64,000 nt of DNA from IMG/VR virus record IMGVR_UViG_3300043465_002420. One strand, given 5' to 3'. Position numbers and translations under genes: made by a program. Under the pieces are notes generated by a model that worked only from the letters and a program-made list of their open reading frames with translations, had not been told where the DNA came from and did not search any database. Within the stretch, counting starts at the first letter, position 1. Every line of letters begins with the position of its first letter. This DNA is from a virus. Below, one piece after another: positions 10,205-20,458 of this stretch.

Positions 10205-10819
10205 ATGAGAATGAAGTCTTTCCATGAATATGTCGAAATGCGTGATGATTATAATGTAGATGAAAGTATGTTTGGTGGCCTTGTTGGTGCTGCTGGTGCT
10301 GCTGCCCAAGGATTAGGCTCTGGTCTTTTGGGTGCTGGAAAAGCAGCACTAAAAGGTGCTGGGGATGTAGGAAGAGCAGCACTAAATCTTGGTGATAAGG
10401 CCATTTCTGCAACTGGACAAACTGTCATTCAAGGTGCTAAAGACTTTGCTAAAGGTACAGCAGATGCTTATAGCAAAATTGATCTAAACAGAGTAAATGA
10501 TATCATCAATAAATCTACAGACCCAGCATTCAAGTTGTTTATGGGTTCAATTGTTAAAAATTACGATAAGCATTATAAGGCAGCTAAAGATCATTTAGAC
10601 AAACAACAACAGACTGCACAAGCTAAGTCTGCTGGTGCAAGTAAGCCTGGACAAAATAAAGCGATTCAAAAGAGTGCAGATGATTACTTCACCAATGCAG
10701 CAAAAGGAAGACCACCTGCTGCTCGTGCCTCTGCACCTGCTCCATCCAACATTTCATTCTCTAGAGGAGTGTCAACAGGAGCAGAACAAATGCCACAACA
10801 AGGTAGAGTTGCAAGGTAA
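10205..10819 (+). CDS. Gly/Ala-rich protein with capsid-targeting-like N-terminus (candidate internal head protein)
   Basis: GAGG SD 6 nt before ATG 10205; MRMKSFHEYVE; long GA-rich amphipathic stretch; terminator follows. Confidence 0.7.
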   Translation: MRMKSFHEYVEMRDDYNVDESMFGGLVGAAGAAAQGLGSGLLGAGKAALKGAGDVGRAALNLGDKAISATGQTVIQGAKDFAKGTADAYSKIDLNRVNDIINKSTDPAFKLFMGSIVKNYDKHYKAAKDHLDKQQQTAQAKSAGASKPGQNKAIQKSADDYFTNAAKGRPPAARASAPAPSNISFSRGVSTGAEQMPQQGRVAR

Positions 10820-10848
10820 TATTGGTAAAGAATTTAAAAACCGTTCAC

Positions 10849-10891
10849 AAAAATACACCTAAATCTACTTGTGAGATTTAGGTGTATTTTT
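10849..10891. terminator. Bidirectional intrinsic terminator
   Basis: 18-bp perfect inverted repeat aaaaatacacctaaatct/agatttaggtgtattttt between convergent genes. Confidence 0.9.
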
Positions 10892-10970
10892 TAGTTTTAA
10901 AAAAAAGCTAATTTATACCTTTTTACAAAAAAATTTCATTGTTATCAACACAAACTTTTTTCGCTGTTAA

Positions 10971-11483
10971 TCAATGTTCAAAAACTATTCCAAATTGGTG
11001 TATTTTTTTATCATTCAATTTATCTACCCAAATACTAAAAAATTCACTTTTTTGCATCTTTCTATTGTCTTTGCTTTTATAATAAGGATCTTTAAAATAA
11101 ACAAATTTTTCATCTACTTTGGTAACAATAACATAATGGCCACTATTAAATAATTTTTTATTTTTATCATTGCCCCAAGATTGAATTGGTACTAATACTG
11201 GCTTTTTTTGATTTGTAAAATCTTGCAACTTATTCAAACTCATCTTATTATATTTATTTACCTTTAGGCCGAAATTTTTAGCTACTGCTATAATATTATC
11301 AGGGCTAGTTCCTTTGTTTTTATTTGTTTTGCACAATGAAACTAACTTTTTATATTCGATTTTTTTAATATTAAAATAAGATAAAATAGAAAAAAGAGCA
11401 GCAGGACCGCAATCATGATCATGTGATTGTTTTTTAATTCTAATACTAATTTCTTCTTGAAGTAACCAATTTTTAAATTGCAT
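10971..11483 (-). CDS. Stand-alone peptidase C39-like cysteine protease with capsid-targeting-like N-terminus
   Basis: QSHDHDCGPAAL, GHYVIV, YFKDPY catalytic motifs; starts MQFKNWLLQEE. Confidence 0.85.
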   Translation of the reverse strand: MQFKNWLLQEEISIRIKKQSHDHDCGPAALFSILSYFNIKKIEYKKLVSLCKTNKNKGTSPDNIIAVAKNFGLKVNKYNKMSLNKLQDFTNQKKPVLVPIQSWGNDKNKKLFNSGHYVIVTKVDEKFVYFKDPYYKSKDNRKMQKSEFFSIWVDKLNDKKIHQFGIVFEH

Positions 11484-11544
11484 AACTTATTTAGATTTAA
11501 CAAACAATTTATTCATGTTGTTAAAATAAAAAATTAATTTACAT

Positions 11545-12468
11545 TTAAGACAATTCTTTTATTACATTTGTAAAATCGGCCAAAGGTATTTGATCTGGTG
11601 TTGTTACTGTTGATGAAATCCTATGTTTGTCCAACAGTGACAATTTTAAAAATGAAGACTTCCTTTTTTCTATAGTATTCTTAAATGCAGAAAAGAAATT
11701 AGGCACAACAAAATAAGCCTTTGCAAAATCTAATCTTTTATTTTTTGAGATGAAATAAAACTTGACGACCACAAATTCATCTTCCATTTTTACACCAGTT
11801 GGAACTATAACAAATGGTTTTTTGGGAAAATCTTTGTCTATCATTCCAGTATGTGCAATTTTAGATGGATCTAAAGTTATGTATTTTTTTACAAAATTGT
11901 TTTGTAACAAAGGTAGACTTTTCAAAAATCTTTGAATAACCCTTTTGGTTTCCTTTGCTTCTCCAGCTATTGTATCCCAATCTTTTAAAGCTTTTTCTGA
12001 TTTTTCTTTATTTTTCATTCTGTCAAAAAGATCTTTTCTAAGAAATAAGCCATATTGAACTATCGGATACATGTCTTTCATATATCTATCGTAAAATCTT
12101 TTATACATAACTTCCATATTTGGATCAGAAGACAAGAAAGAAATAAGTTCTGGTTTAAATTGATTTACAAAAGCCAATACTATCTTAACCAAGCTTGAAT
12201 AAACGGCAGATGGGTTTCTACTTTTATTAGTAAGATTATAACCGCCATAAGGATCTGTAAGATTGACATCATAACACTTCATATTTGGAAAGCCAGTTCT
12301 ACTCTTTTCAGTAAAAAAGATAGTATGTTTGCCATCATCAGAAACAAAATCTGATTTATAGCCACTTTCTCCACTTCTAGACATATAAGTATCAAATTTA
12401 ACGGAAGATGTATCAGCTTTAAATGGGTCTTCTAATTCATTTATAATTATCCAATTTTTAAATCTCAT
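11545..12468 (-). CDS. Hypothetical protein, paralog family A, capsid-targeting-like N-terminus
   Basis: MRFKNWIIINE; shares NPxxVY...P...MYxRFY with 21491-22108 and 22542-23300. Confidence 0.7.
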   Translation of the reverse strand: MRFKNWIIINELEDPFKADTSSVKFDTYMSRSGESGYKSDFVSDDGKHTIFFTEKSRTGFPNMKCYDVNLTDPYGGYNLTNKSRNPSAVYSSLVKIVLAFVNQFKPELISFLSSDPNMEVMYKRFYDRYMKDMYPIVQYGLFLRKDLFDRMKNKEKSEKALKDWDTIAGEAKETKRVIQRFLKSLPLLQNNFVKKYITLDPSKIAHTGMIDKDFPKKPFVIVPTGVKMEDEFVVVKFYFISKNKRLDFAKAYFVVPNFFSAFKNTIEKRKSSFLKLSLLDKHRISSTVTTPDQIPLADFTNVIKELS

Positions 12469-12534
12469 TTTTATCTTTCAATATTGTAATTCAATAATAT
12501 ATATATTTAGTAACTTTTATATATTGGACTAAAA

Positions 12535-14115
12535 ATGAATACATTTTCTGAATTTTTTATAGCACAACAAAAAAATGATGTGACATTTTTTCTAGAAAGT
12601 AATCATCAACAATTTGAAGATTCCAAAGAACTTTTCTATAACATGATTTGTAAATTTGGAAATGATCCAATCATATTAGAAGCATGGGGCGATTGGTGGA
12701 ATAAAGCCAAGGAATATGCTGGAAAGGCATGGAATTGGGCCAATAATAAAGATATGAGTTTACAGGATATTGCCACAGGAACTGGGAATTTGGCAAAAGG
12801 TGTGGTTACTGGATACAAACAAGGTTATAAAGCCACAGAAGGCGAAGCTGGAATAAAGAAAATAGAAAGTATTGCAAAAGAAGTATCAGAATTAGCAAAA
12901 TCTTTTTCACAAAAATATAAAGTCGATCCAGTAACAGCAGCGGTTCTTATTTCTGCTGGTGCTACTGGTGGTCTTGGTGCAATTCCAATGATGGCAATAG
13001 CAATAGGATTAAGAAGAAGTGGATCATGGTTAGCCGATAAAGGATTTGAGAAAGTTTGGGAAAAATTAACTGGTACGACTGTAGATCAAGCTGATGCTGC
13101 ATGGCAAGGAAGCTCTGCCTCTGCTCCAAAGATGGCAAGCCCTGCTTCTTCTCCAAAGATGGCAGATCCTGCTGGAACATTTAATGTAATGAACCCCTCA
13201 GCAAATTCCGCATCAATTAAAGATCATTTTCAAAATTCTGGAAATCTTACATTTGAACAATACATCATGTCTAGAGATCCAGAAATGTACATGGAATTAA
13301 CAAGTTGGTTAAAACAACTTGTTGGTAAAGGTGCAAAGAAAGCTGGTGAATTTGCTGGTAATGTTGCACAAGGAGCAAAGGATTATGCAAAAGATGTCGG
13401 AGAAAGAGGATTTGGAACTGCAACTGGAGAAAGGGCTGGAAGAGTTTTGGGAAAAGGTGCTGGAACTTTTGTAAACATTTGGAGCGTACTTAAAAAGAGT
13501 ATTGCAAATGTTGGTAAGTTTATGGCCAACAATCCAGTTAAAACATCTAAATTGGTATTGGCTATTGCTGCTGGAAGTATGATTGGTCATTATGGAACAC
13601 AAGCAATCAATAATTTCATTCATAAGCCTTCATCTGACCAAATAGGAGAAATTACAAAAGCCGCTAAAGACTCTGGTGTTTCTGATACTGACATAAATGA
13701 TATTCATAAAGATACTGGATATTCTGGTAAAGGTGGAGATTTCAGTAATGCTATTGGTGCAAAAATTAGTTATGGCAATGCAGTCGCACAAGCCAAAGCA
13801 GATATCGTTCAAAGCATTAGAGATGGAAATATTACAGATTATGAAACTTTACAAAAAGCAATTAAAGATGCACATAATAAATTTTTCCCACTATTAGATC
13901 CTATTGGAAAAAGAGTTTTTGACAGTAAATTAGATATGCATATCACAAGCTTGGCTGGCAATGGTGCTACAGGAAATGCTGCCGAATTAACAATGAAAAT
14001 CATTAAAAATGCTGGTGGAACTCCAAATATCGAAGCCCTTTCAAATATGGGGCAAGCAATAAACAAAATTAAATCGTCATTAAATACTGATCAGATTGGT
14101 ATTGACAACTATTAA
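12535..14115 (+). CDS. Large Gly/Ala-rich protein (candidate internal head or ejection protein)
   Basis: 526 aa; MNTFSEFF start, a second internal TFEQY motif, two hydrophobic GA-rich segments. Confidence 0.65.
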   Translation: MNTFSEFFIAQQKNDVTFFLESNHQQFEDSKELFYNMICKFGNDPIILEAWGDWWNKAKEYAGKAWNWANNKDMSLQDIATGTGNLAKGVVTGYKQGYKATEGEAGIKKIESIAKEVSELAKSFSQKYKVDPVTAAVLISAGATGGLGAIPMMAIAIGLRRSGSWLADKGFEKVWEKLTGTTVDQADAAWQGSSASAPKMASPASSPKMADPAGTFNVMNPSANSASIKDHFQNSGNLTFEQYIMSRDPEMYMELTSWLKQLVGKGAKKAGEFAGNVAQGAKDYAKDVGERGFGTATGERAGRVLGKGAGTFVNIWSVLKKSIANVGKFMANNPVKTSKLVLAIAAGSMIGHYGTQAINNFIHKPSSDQIGEITKAAKDSGVSDTDINDIHKDTGYSGKGGDFSNAIGAKISYGNAVAQAKADIVQSIRDGNITDYETLQKAIKDAHNKFFPLLDPIGKRVFDSKLDMHITSLAGNGATGNAAELTMKIIKNAGGTPNIEALSNMGQAINKIKSSLNTDQIGIDNY

Positions 14116-14200
14116 TCTAAGCTACTTTGACTAATAAAATATGCAATTCAAATTATTCAATGATTTGTCTTCTAATAGTTTACTTTCGGTTGTATTACTT

Positions 14201-14413
14201 CTATTTATCAATTCCATGTGTGATGATATCGATTTCTTGTTCAAGCATTTTCTTTTCTTGATTTAAGAAATCTATTTCAGATTTAAGGTCTGACATTTTT
14301 CTTTCTTGAGTCAAAATGCAAGAAATGGAAAATAATGAGATTAAAAAGCAAGTAAGACAAACTCTTGCTTGAATTGTACATGCCATAACAAAAATTTTAT
14401 CAAACATATTCAT
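14201..14413 (-). CDS. Small membrane-anchored coiled-coil protein
   Basis: Hydrophobic segment followed by heptads. Confidence 0.5.
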   Translation of the reverse strand: MNMFDKIFVMACTIQARVCLTCFLISLFSISCILTQERKMSDLKSEIDFLNQEKKMLEQEIDIITHGIDK

Positions 14414-14672
14414 TCCAATCTATATCATCTTGCATAATTATTGGAGTACCATCACCAAGATATGCTCCCCTTATGTTGAATTCGAAGAATTCTTCGGCTT
14501 CCTCATGGTTCATATCTTTTTCCAAATTAGCTATTATTTTAGAATAGCTATAAACGATCTTTATGCTGTTAAAGCATGTTGAGATACCCATAATGGCATT
14601 GTCGTGTCCATCGAGCAATAAAGCCCCTTCAATGCCATTTTCTTCACAGTAGTTGTCAATCATTTTTCTCAT
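14400..14672 (-). CDS. Conserved phage-type hypothetical protein
   Basis: Start re-called at MRKMIDNY; DGHDNAIMG...EEAEEFFEFNIRGAYLGDGTP is a pattern I recognise from aquatic phage hypotheticals. Confidence 0.65.
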   Translation of the reverse strand: MRKMIDNYCEENGIEGALLLDGHDNAIMGISTCFNSIKIVYSYSKIIANLEKDMNHEEAEEFFEFNIRGAYLGDGTPIIMQDDIDWNEYV

Positions 14673-14716
14673 GATGTTACATTTAATCTTTTTCAAAATT
14701 AAATGCAATATCAGAT

Positions 14717-17494
14717 TTAATCTTTTCTGATAACCAAATTCCAAATCCCCGCTTTCTTAAACATTTTTATTGTGGACTCGTATGGCGACCTACCCTCTTT
14801 GATTTTGTGTCTTAGTCCGCTAACACACACTCCCAATGGAGAACTGGTTGATGGTATGTGTCCATGTTTTTTATGATACACGCAAATTTTTTCAGCCGCT
14901 TTGTTCTCTCTGATTTCGTAAGTGTTGATACAACTTATTTCCTCCCATATCCCCGCTTTCTTTAGAATTTTAACTGTGGATTTTTCTGGTGATCCACCCT
15001 TTTTAATTTTAGATCTTAATGATCCGATCCATTTTCCCAATTTTAATTTAGTTGATGGCATGTGTCCATGTTTTTTATAATAAACACAAATCTCTTCAGC
15101 TATTTGATTCTCTTTAATTTCATGAATGTTAAGACAAATAACCTCTTCCAAAATACCAGCCTTCTTTAGAATTTTTACTGTGGATTCGTATGGCGACCTG
15201 CCATCTCTGATTTTTTTTCTTAAGCCACTAATCCATCCTCCCAACTTAGAACTGGTTAATGGGATGTGTCCATGTTTTTTATGATAAGCACAAATCTTTT
15301 CGGCCATTTCATTCTCCCTAATTTCATGCATATTAATGCAAGTGACTTCTTCCAAAATCCCATCATTCTTTAGAATTTCAACTGTGGATTCATATGGTGA
15401 TCCACCTTTTTTTATTTTAAATCTTAATCCACCGATCCATTTTCCCAATTTTAATTTAAATAATGGGAGGTGTCCATGTTTTCTATAATATAAACAAACT
15501 TGTTGAGCCATTTCATTCTCCCTAATTTCATGAATGTTCAAAGAACTGACCTCTTTCCAAATTCCAGCTTTATTAAACATTTTTACTGTAGATTCGTATG
15601 GTGATACGCCTTCTCTAATTTTTTTTCTTATGTATGAAATACACCTGCCAATTTTAGAACCAACAGATGGAATGATTCCATGTTTTTTATAATAATCGCA
15701 AATTTCTTCGGCCATTTTATTTTCTTCTGTCTCCCCGCTATTCATTCTTTCTCGTAGCAATTTTAAAGAATCTTTGTCCACTAAAGAGCTAATGTAGTGC
15801 TGTACAAAACCAGATGGGTTTTTACATTTTTCAATCATATCCCAATCAATATTTGAAACATTTTCATTCTTCATCTTCAACGACCTCCTTGAGAGAATCG
15901 AAAATATCTCACACGAAATTTCTTCGATTTCACCTTTTGTAATTTTGTTTGCACCAAAAAATTCAACAACACACTTTTTAATTTTTCCAATGACATTTAC
16001 AGAATCGTCTTTAGCATCATATTTTGAAAAAATGTATTTAAAAACATTGTTCAAAAGAGATATTTTTCTATTTTCATCTAACTTGCTTAAGGCAGATTCA
16101 ACTTTGTCATTTCTTTCTTTTCGATCAACACTTAATGGTGAATCTTTAATTTCCGAAACTGGATTCATCGCATTTTCCATTAACATGTTGACTGCAATTA
16201 ACTTAAAATAAGTATTAAGTTTATTTTCCATTTCGTCATCTAACATAAGAGGCATGATGTGCATAATCTTTGCAGTCGGCTTGCCTTGCTTGTCTCTGAT
16301 TACACGACCAACCATTTGAATCAAATCAGTAACAGATTCTTTAATGCCTGTTATTATCATGCCATTTGCAAATTCCCAATCACAACCTTCCTTGAACATG
16401 TTCAATGAAATGATGCAATCAAGAGCATTTTTATCGTTGTTTATATTAACACCACCAATGACACCAGAAAAATAATCTTTTCTTAAGTGTCTATTTTCTT
16501 CGCTTACAAGATCTAGTATTTTGTATTTTTCTCCTTTTTCATTTATCAATTCTATGATCCCATAATCATTAGTTTTTATTTTTTTTGCACCAAATTTCTT
16601 AGCAAGCATTTTCACAATACTTCGTACTTCGTTTTTCTTGCAATCAGTTTTCATTTTGTTCATTCTGTTGGGAATGTAAATTATGATTTTTTTATGATCA
16701 GAAGAAAAAAGAGAGTCAATGCAATTTCTTACTGAAGACAGATAGCTTGTTGTTTTGGCTGTATTAGATCCAAAAACAAAATCATAAGAAAAGTTTTTAA
16801 AATGTTTCATTTGATTTATCCACACATCGAGCGGGAGACTATATTTTGAAAATTTAGATGCTAGTTCAGCAGATATAATCTGTTGCTTGTCGCCACGGAA
16901 AAAAGTTGCGGTAACTAAAACAATGTCATTTTTATGACTGAGTTTTTCGACAACTTCTCCAATTCTATTCGAACTATGCTGCACATGGTGTGCTTCATCT
17001 ACCACAAGAACTAAATTATTCCAAATCTTTTCATTTCTGAATTTTTCCCAACATAAAACCAATGTCTGACGGCAACAGATGATTACTCTTTCGTTAATGC
17101 CATTGATTTCTTTGGAACTCAAAAACGACAGAAGCTCTCCAATAGTTCTGATGCCTTTTTTGTTACATAGATTAGTTTTTGGATTCCAATCTATTTTAGT
17201 TCCATCAGTCAATTGGACTTTAATATTTTTGCCAAAGCTCGATGCGATAAGAGTTTCTGGAACACAAATAATCACTTTCTTGTTACTGTTTGCAGCCTTT
17301 TTCCAAGCGAGGCTGGCGATGACAATACTCTTACCAGACCCAGTGGGAGCATTTATAACAGCCAATTGTTCGTTTTGAAGCTGTTTTCGGCAATCTACCT
17401 GCCAATTTCTTTCTTTGACATATTCATCGTTATTTTCGATGATTGTAGAGTGATTCAAAGACTTCCAATTAAATCCATCAATCTTATTAGACAT
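14717..17494 (-). CDS. SF2 DEAD/DEAH-box helicase with five C-terminal helicase-associated (HA) repeats
   Basis: APTGSGKS, DEAHH, TAT, QMVGRVIR; five KKHGHxP..LGxW repeats. Confidence 0.85.
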   Translation of the reverse strand: MSNKIDGFNWKSLNHSTIIENNDEYVKERNWQVDCRKQLQNEQLAVINAPTGSGKSIVIASLAWKKAANSNKKVIICVPETLIASSFGKNIKVQLTDGTKIDWNPKTNLCNKKGIRTIGELLSFLSSKEINGINERVIICCRQTLVLCWEKFRNEKIWNNLVLVVDEAHHVQHSSNRIGEVVEKLSHKNDIVLVTATFFRGDKQQIISAELASKFSKYSLPLDVWINQMKHFKNFSYDFVFGSNTAKTTSYLSSVRNCIDSLFSSDHKKIIIYIPNRMNKMKTDCKKNEVRSIVKMLAKKFGAKKIKTNDYGIIELINEKGEKYKILDLVSEENRHLRKDYFSGVIGGVNINNDKNALDCIISLNMFKEGCDWEFANGMIITGIKESVTDLIQMVGRVIRDKQGKPTAKIMHIMPLMLDDEMENKLNTYFKLIAVNMLMENAMNPVSEIKDSPLSVDRKERNDKVESALSKLDENRKISLLNNVFKYIFSKYDAKDDSVNVIGKIKKCVVEFFGANKITKGEIEEISCEIFSILSRRSLKMKNENVSNIDWDMIEKCKNPSGFVQHYISSLVDKDSLKLLRERMNSGETEENKMAEEICDYYKKHGIIPSVGSKIGRCISYIRKKIREGVSPYESTVKMFNKAGIWKEVSSLNIHEIRENEMAQQVCLYYRKHGHLPLFKLKLGKWIGGLRFKIKKGGSPYESTVEILKNDGILEEVTCINMHEIRENEMAEKICAYHKKHGHIPLTSSKLGGWISGLRKKIRDGRSPYESTVKILKKAGILEEVICLNIHEIKENQIAEEICVYYKKHGHMPSTKLKLGKWIGSLRSKIKKGGSPEKSTVKILKKAGIWEEISCINTYEIRENKAAEKICVYHKKHGHIPSTSSPLGVCVSGLRHKIKEGRSPYESTIKMFKKAGIWNLVIRKD
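14730..15740 (-). repeat. Five in-frame tandem repeats with a 204-nt (68 aa) period
   Basis: The ccatgtttt anchor recurs at 14862, 15066, 15270, 15474 and 15678. Confidence 0.9.
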
Positions 17495-17600
17495 TCTTTG
17501 CCCTTTCGAAAAACATTATGATTGTAAACCTATATGTCTTTCGTCACATCCATATTAATATTTCACAAAATTATCCAAAAAAACAAAAATAAAACAAAAA

Positions 17601-17624
17601 ACCACGATTTTTAAAAATCGTGGT
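17601..17624 (-). terminator. Intrinsic terminator
   Basis: Perfect 24-bp palindrome accacgatttttaaaaatcgtggt followed by a U-rich tract on the minus strand. Confidence 0.8.
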
Positions 17625-17658
17625 AATGAAATATACTTAAAAAAAAGGCAAAGTAAAG

Positions 17659-18153
17659 TTAGTTGTAAGAATAAGTTCCAGTAAAAAAGCTTCTATGGAA
17701 TTTATTTAGATGGTAGTCAATATCTTTTAGCAACAATGTAATTTTTTTCCTGACTTCGACCACATCTTCTTCTTTATCGACATTAATTTGTGAAATATCA
17801 TAAATTTTATTGAATAAATCTTTAAAAATGAATTCTTCTTGCATGTTTTTTCTTTTTTTCTTCAATAATTTAAAAACATTCATTGCAATTTTATACAACT
17901 TGTCCATAAATTTATTTTTATCTGTATTGGATGAACTACTCATATCATCGAATGAATCTACCGCATCCTGTACTTTGCGACTTAAATCAGATAGTTCTTT
18001 TTTGGTATCTTCGCTTGATACCAAATCGCTCTGATCAATAATACCATCTTCATTTTCATCTGACACTTGTTTTAGGTCTGGATGGTACATCAAACCAGAC
18101 GATTCCAAATAAACATATTCTTTATAAAGCTTATAAAACCTATAATCAATCAT
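17659..18153 (-). CDS. Acidic hypothetical protein
   Basis: 164 aa; AAGGA SD; terminator downstream. Confidence 0.65.
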   Translation of the reverse strand: MIDYRFYKLYKEYVYLESSGLMYHPDLKQVSDENEDGIIDQSDLVSSEDTKKELSDLSRKVQDAVDSFDDMSSSSNTDKNKFMDKLYKIAMNVFKLLKKKRKNMQEEFIFKDLFNKIYDISQINVDKEEDVVEVRKKITLLLKDIDYHLNKFHRSFFTGTYSYN

Positions 18154-18217
18154 ATTATTCCTTAATCTACATCAAAAAAACATATGCTTTATATATGTTT
18201 TTTTATAACTAATAAGT

Positions 18218-18532
18218 ATGACAAAAAGAAAAAACATTGCATTTTGGTTTTTATTTACAATGATATTATCAATAAGTGCATTAGATCTGTATCTTATAAT
18301 AAGATTTCAAAATGTGCTTATACATGAAGAAAAGAACATAGTAGGCATTTGGCTAATAAGGCTAGATTCTGGGTCGGTTGCTTTATTTTCAGCGGTAAAA
18401 ATGTTTGGAACATGTTTAAGTTTAATGATTTGGAAAAAAATATTGATAAGCAATCAAAAATATGGATTTACGATTGGAATTAGTATTTTGGCATTTCAGA
18501 TATTTTTATTTTGTTGGCTACTATTCTTTTAA
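18218..18532 (+). CDS. Small membrane protein (about 3 TM)
   Basis: Three hydrophobic segments. Confidence 0.6.
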   Translation: MTKRKNIAFWFLFTMILSISALDLYLIIRFQNVLIHEEKNIVGIWLIRLDSGSVALFSAVKMFGTCLSLMIWKKILISNQKYGFTIGISILAFQIFLFCWLLFF

Positions 18533-18855
18533 TGGCTGTGAAAACCTTTTAACAGAATAAATCCCAAGATGATAAAAATCAATCCAAACATTTGAAAATA
18601 GTTGAATGAGAATTTAAAAATCATTAAGGGAATGCAATATCCAATTACCAAAATCATAAAATCCCAATATATGCTATTAATGAGAATTTTTTCTTTATCA
18701 TCTAAAGATTTAACAAGCGTAAACCAAATTACACTTCCACAAGTGTTTAAAAGAATTGAAACAATGAAAAACCAATGGCTTTTTCTGGTTGAATCAAAAA
18801 AAGTCAAAAACATTACCAGCGTGTAAAAAATACCAGCAAAAATGTAATGCCACAT
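18529..18855 (-). CDS. Small 4-TM membrane protein (SMR/DMT-like size)
   Basis: Four hydrophobic helices in 108 aa. Confidence 0.55.
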   Translation of the reverse strand: MWHYIFAGIFYTLVMFLTFFDSTRKSHWFFIVSILLNTCGSVIWFTLVKSLDDKEKILINSIYWDFMILVIGYCIPLMIFKFSFNYFQMFGLIFIILGFILLKGFHSH

Positions 18856-18874
18856 GACTTATATATGGTTCAAA

Positions 18875-19945
18875 TCATGTGTTAATATCCATTTTATTTT
18901 TAGATTCTTCTAAGCTAAATCCAAGTTGTTTGAATTCTTTCAATCTAAGAATTTGATCCAAATTTAAGTTACCAGCGGATTCAGCCCAGTCTTCAATTAA
19001 TTTAGTTTTTAATTCCAAATCTGGGTTTGAGAAACATTTAACATATTTAAATCTGCTAGGCCTACTTCTTAAAGCCTCGTCTATTTTTTCAATGTTATTT
19101 GCAGTCAATATAAAAACAACTTTTTCATAAGAGTTATAAACACCATCTAAACAATTAAGTATTACATCAAATGTAAACTTGATTCCCATATTGTTACTTC
19201 CGTTATTGCCTTCTCCTATGATGCACTTTCTGCCATCAAAGTAATTATCAAAATCTTCCAAAAGAACAATCGTACCTGATGATATCTGAGAAAACATGAA
19301 CATGATGTCTATATTCGTAAATTCGGGAACGAATGTGATAATTGTTATTGGCAAATTATGTTTAACCGCAAGGTATTTTACATAAGAAGTTTTTCCATTA
19401 CCTGGTTCACCATACAAAATAGCTCCTGTTTTAGAGTTGTTCAACAATATATTTCCTATCTCATCATCAAAGTCTTTCCATAAACTTTCTGGGAATATAG
19501 GATTATTGGCGTATTTAATAGCTCCAATTTTATCTGTGTTCCATGGAGTTGCTATTCTAACTGGTACACCAAACAAATTAATTTGCAATTCCTTGAGACT
19601 AACTTCTAAAAAAGTTTTTATATTTTTGTAATTCCAGCGAGTACACATTATAGAAGTAACTAAGTCCTTGCCTTGAAATCCAGCTTGAAGCAATCTCTCG
19701 TAATGACTAATGTAAAACCATGGGAAATTTTTATTGAAACAAAAAGCCCTGTAAACTACCGGATGTCTTATCTCGGTAAAAAACTCTTCATCAATTATAA
19801 ATTTTTTTTCATCTTTGCAAATGTCATAAAGAGTTCTGAATGTGTTATTGTCGATTCTTATTTCTACTAAAATCAAATATCTAATTACTGCCCATATACC
19901 AACAGCAATTCCACTCAATGCCAATATCGGTGTCATCCAGTTCAT
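18875..19945 (-). CDS. Membrane-anchored AAA+ ATPase (BCS1-like)
   Basis: N-terminal TM; GEPGNGKT Walker A; LLEDFD Walker B; LNCLDG; TAN..EKIDEALRSRPSRF second region of homology. Confidence 0.8.
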   Translation of the reverse strand: MNWMTPILALSGIAVGIWAVIRYLILVEIRIDNNTFRTLYDICKDEKKFIIDEEFFTEIRHPVVYRAFCFNKNFPWFYISHYERLLQAGFQGKDLVTSIMCTRWNYKNIKTFLEVSLKELQINLFGVPVRIATPWNTDKIGAIKYANNPIFPESLWKDFDDEIGNILLNNSKTGAILYGEPGNGKTSYVKYLAVKHNLPITIITFVPEFTNIDIMFMFSQISSGTIVLLEDFDNYFDGRKCIIGEGNNGSNNMGIKFTFDVILNCLDGVYNSYEKVVFILTANNIEKIDEALRSRPSRFKYVKCFSNPDLELKTKLIEDWAESAGNLNLDQILRLKEFKQLGFSLEESKNKMDINT

Positions 19946-19947
19946 AT

Positions 19948-20370
19948 TTATTTCCTCAAATCTAATCGAAAATTTAACTCATGTTGGAAAAAACCTAGAT
20001 TTTTATAAAATCCAATATTTTTTTGATCGGTAGAAAGAACTAATTTATAGCAAGTCTCTCGTTTGGCTTGAAGAATAACATAATCTAATAAAATTTTTCC
20101 AATTCCTTTTCTTTGAAAGTCTTCGGCCACGCAAACATCTTCAATGTGACCACACTTTTCTTTATAACGAAATTTAGATTCTAACAACAAACTGGCTGTA
20201 GCTACAATCCTATTATCGCATTCAACAACAAAAGTTTTAATTCCACATTTGCTTCTATGTTTTAAAATTTGAGAAATATCACTAGATTCAGAATATATTT
20301 CTCCCAAAACCTTAAGGCAATCCATGAATCCTTTGTTTAAATCTGATTTTCTAAATAATCTAATTTCCAA
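19948..20370 (-). CDS. GNAT acetyltransferase, glucosamine-6-phosphate N-acetyltransferase (GNA1)-like
   Basis: GHIEDVCVAEDFQRKGIGK, CYKLVL, NIGFYKNLGF. Confidence 0.75.
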   Translation of the reverse strand: MEIRLFRKSDLNKGFMDCLKVLGEIYSESSDISQILKHRSKCGIKTFVVECDNRIVATASLLLESKFRYKEKCGHIEDVCVAEDFQRKGIGKILLDYVILQAKRETCYKLVLSTDQKNIGFYKNLGFFQHELNFRLDLRK

Positions 20371-20458
20371 TTTAAAAATCTCCTCTTGATCAAATCAAAA
20401 TAATCATGCATATTGTACAGAAATAAATGAGTCACTGTCAAACTGATAATGGACTGCG

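Noticed and set aside
14730-15740. Non-coding repeat array
   Set aside because: The repeats are in-frame protein domains with a codon-multiple period.
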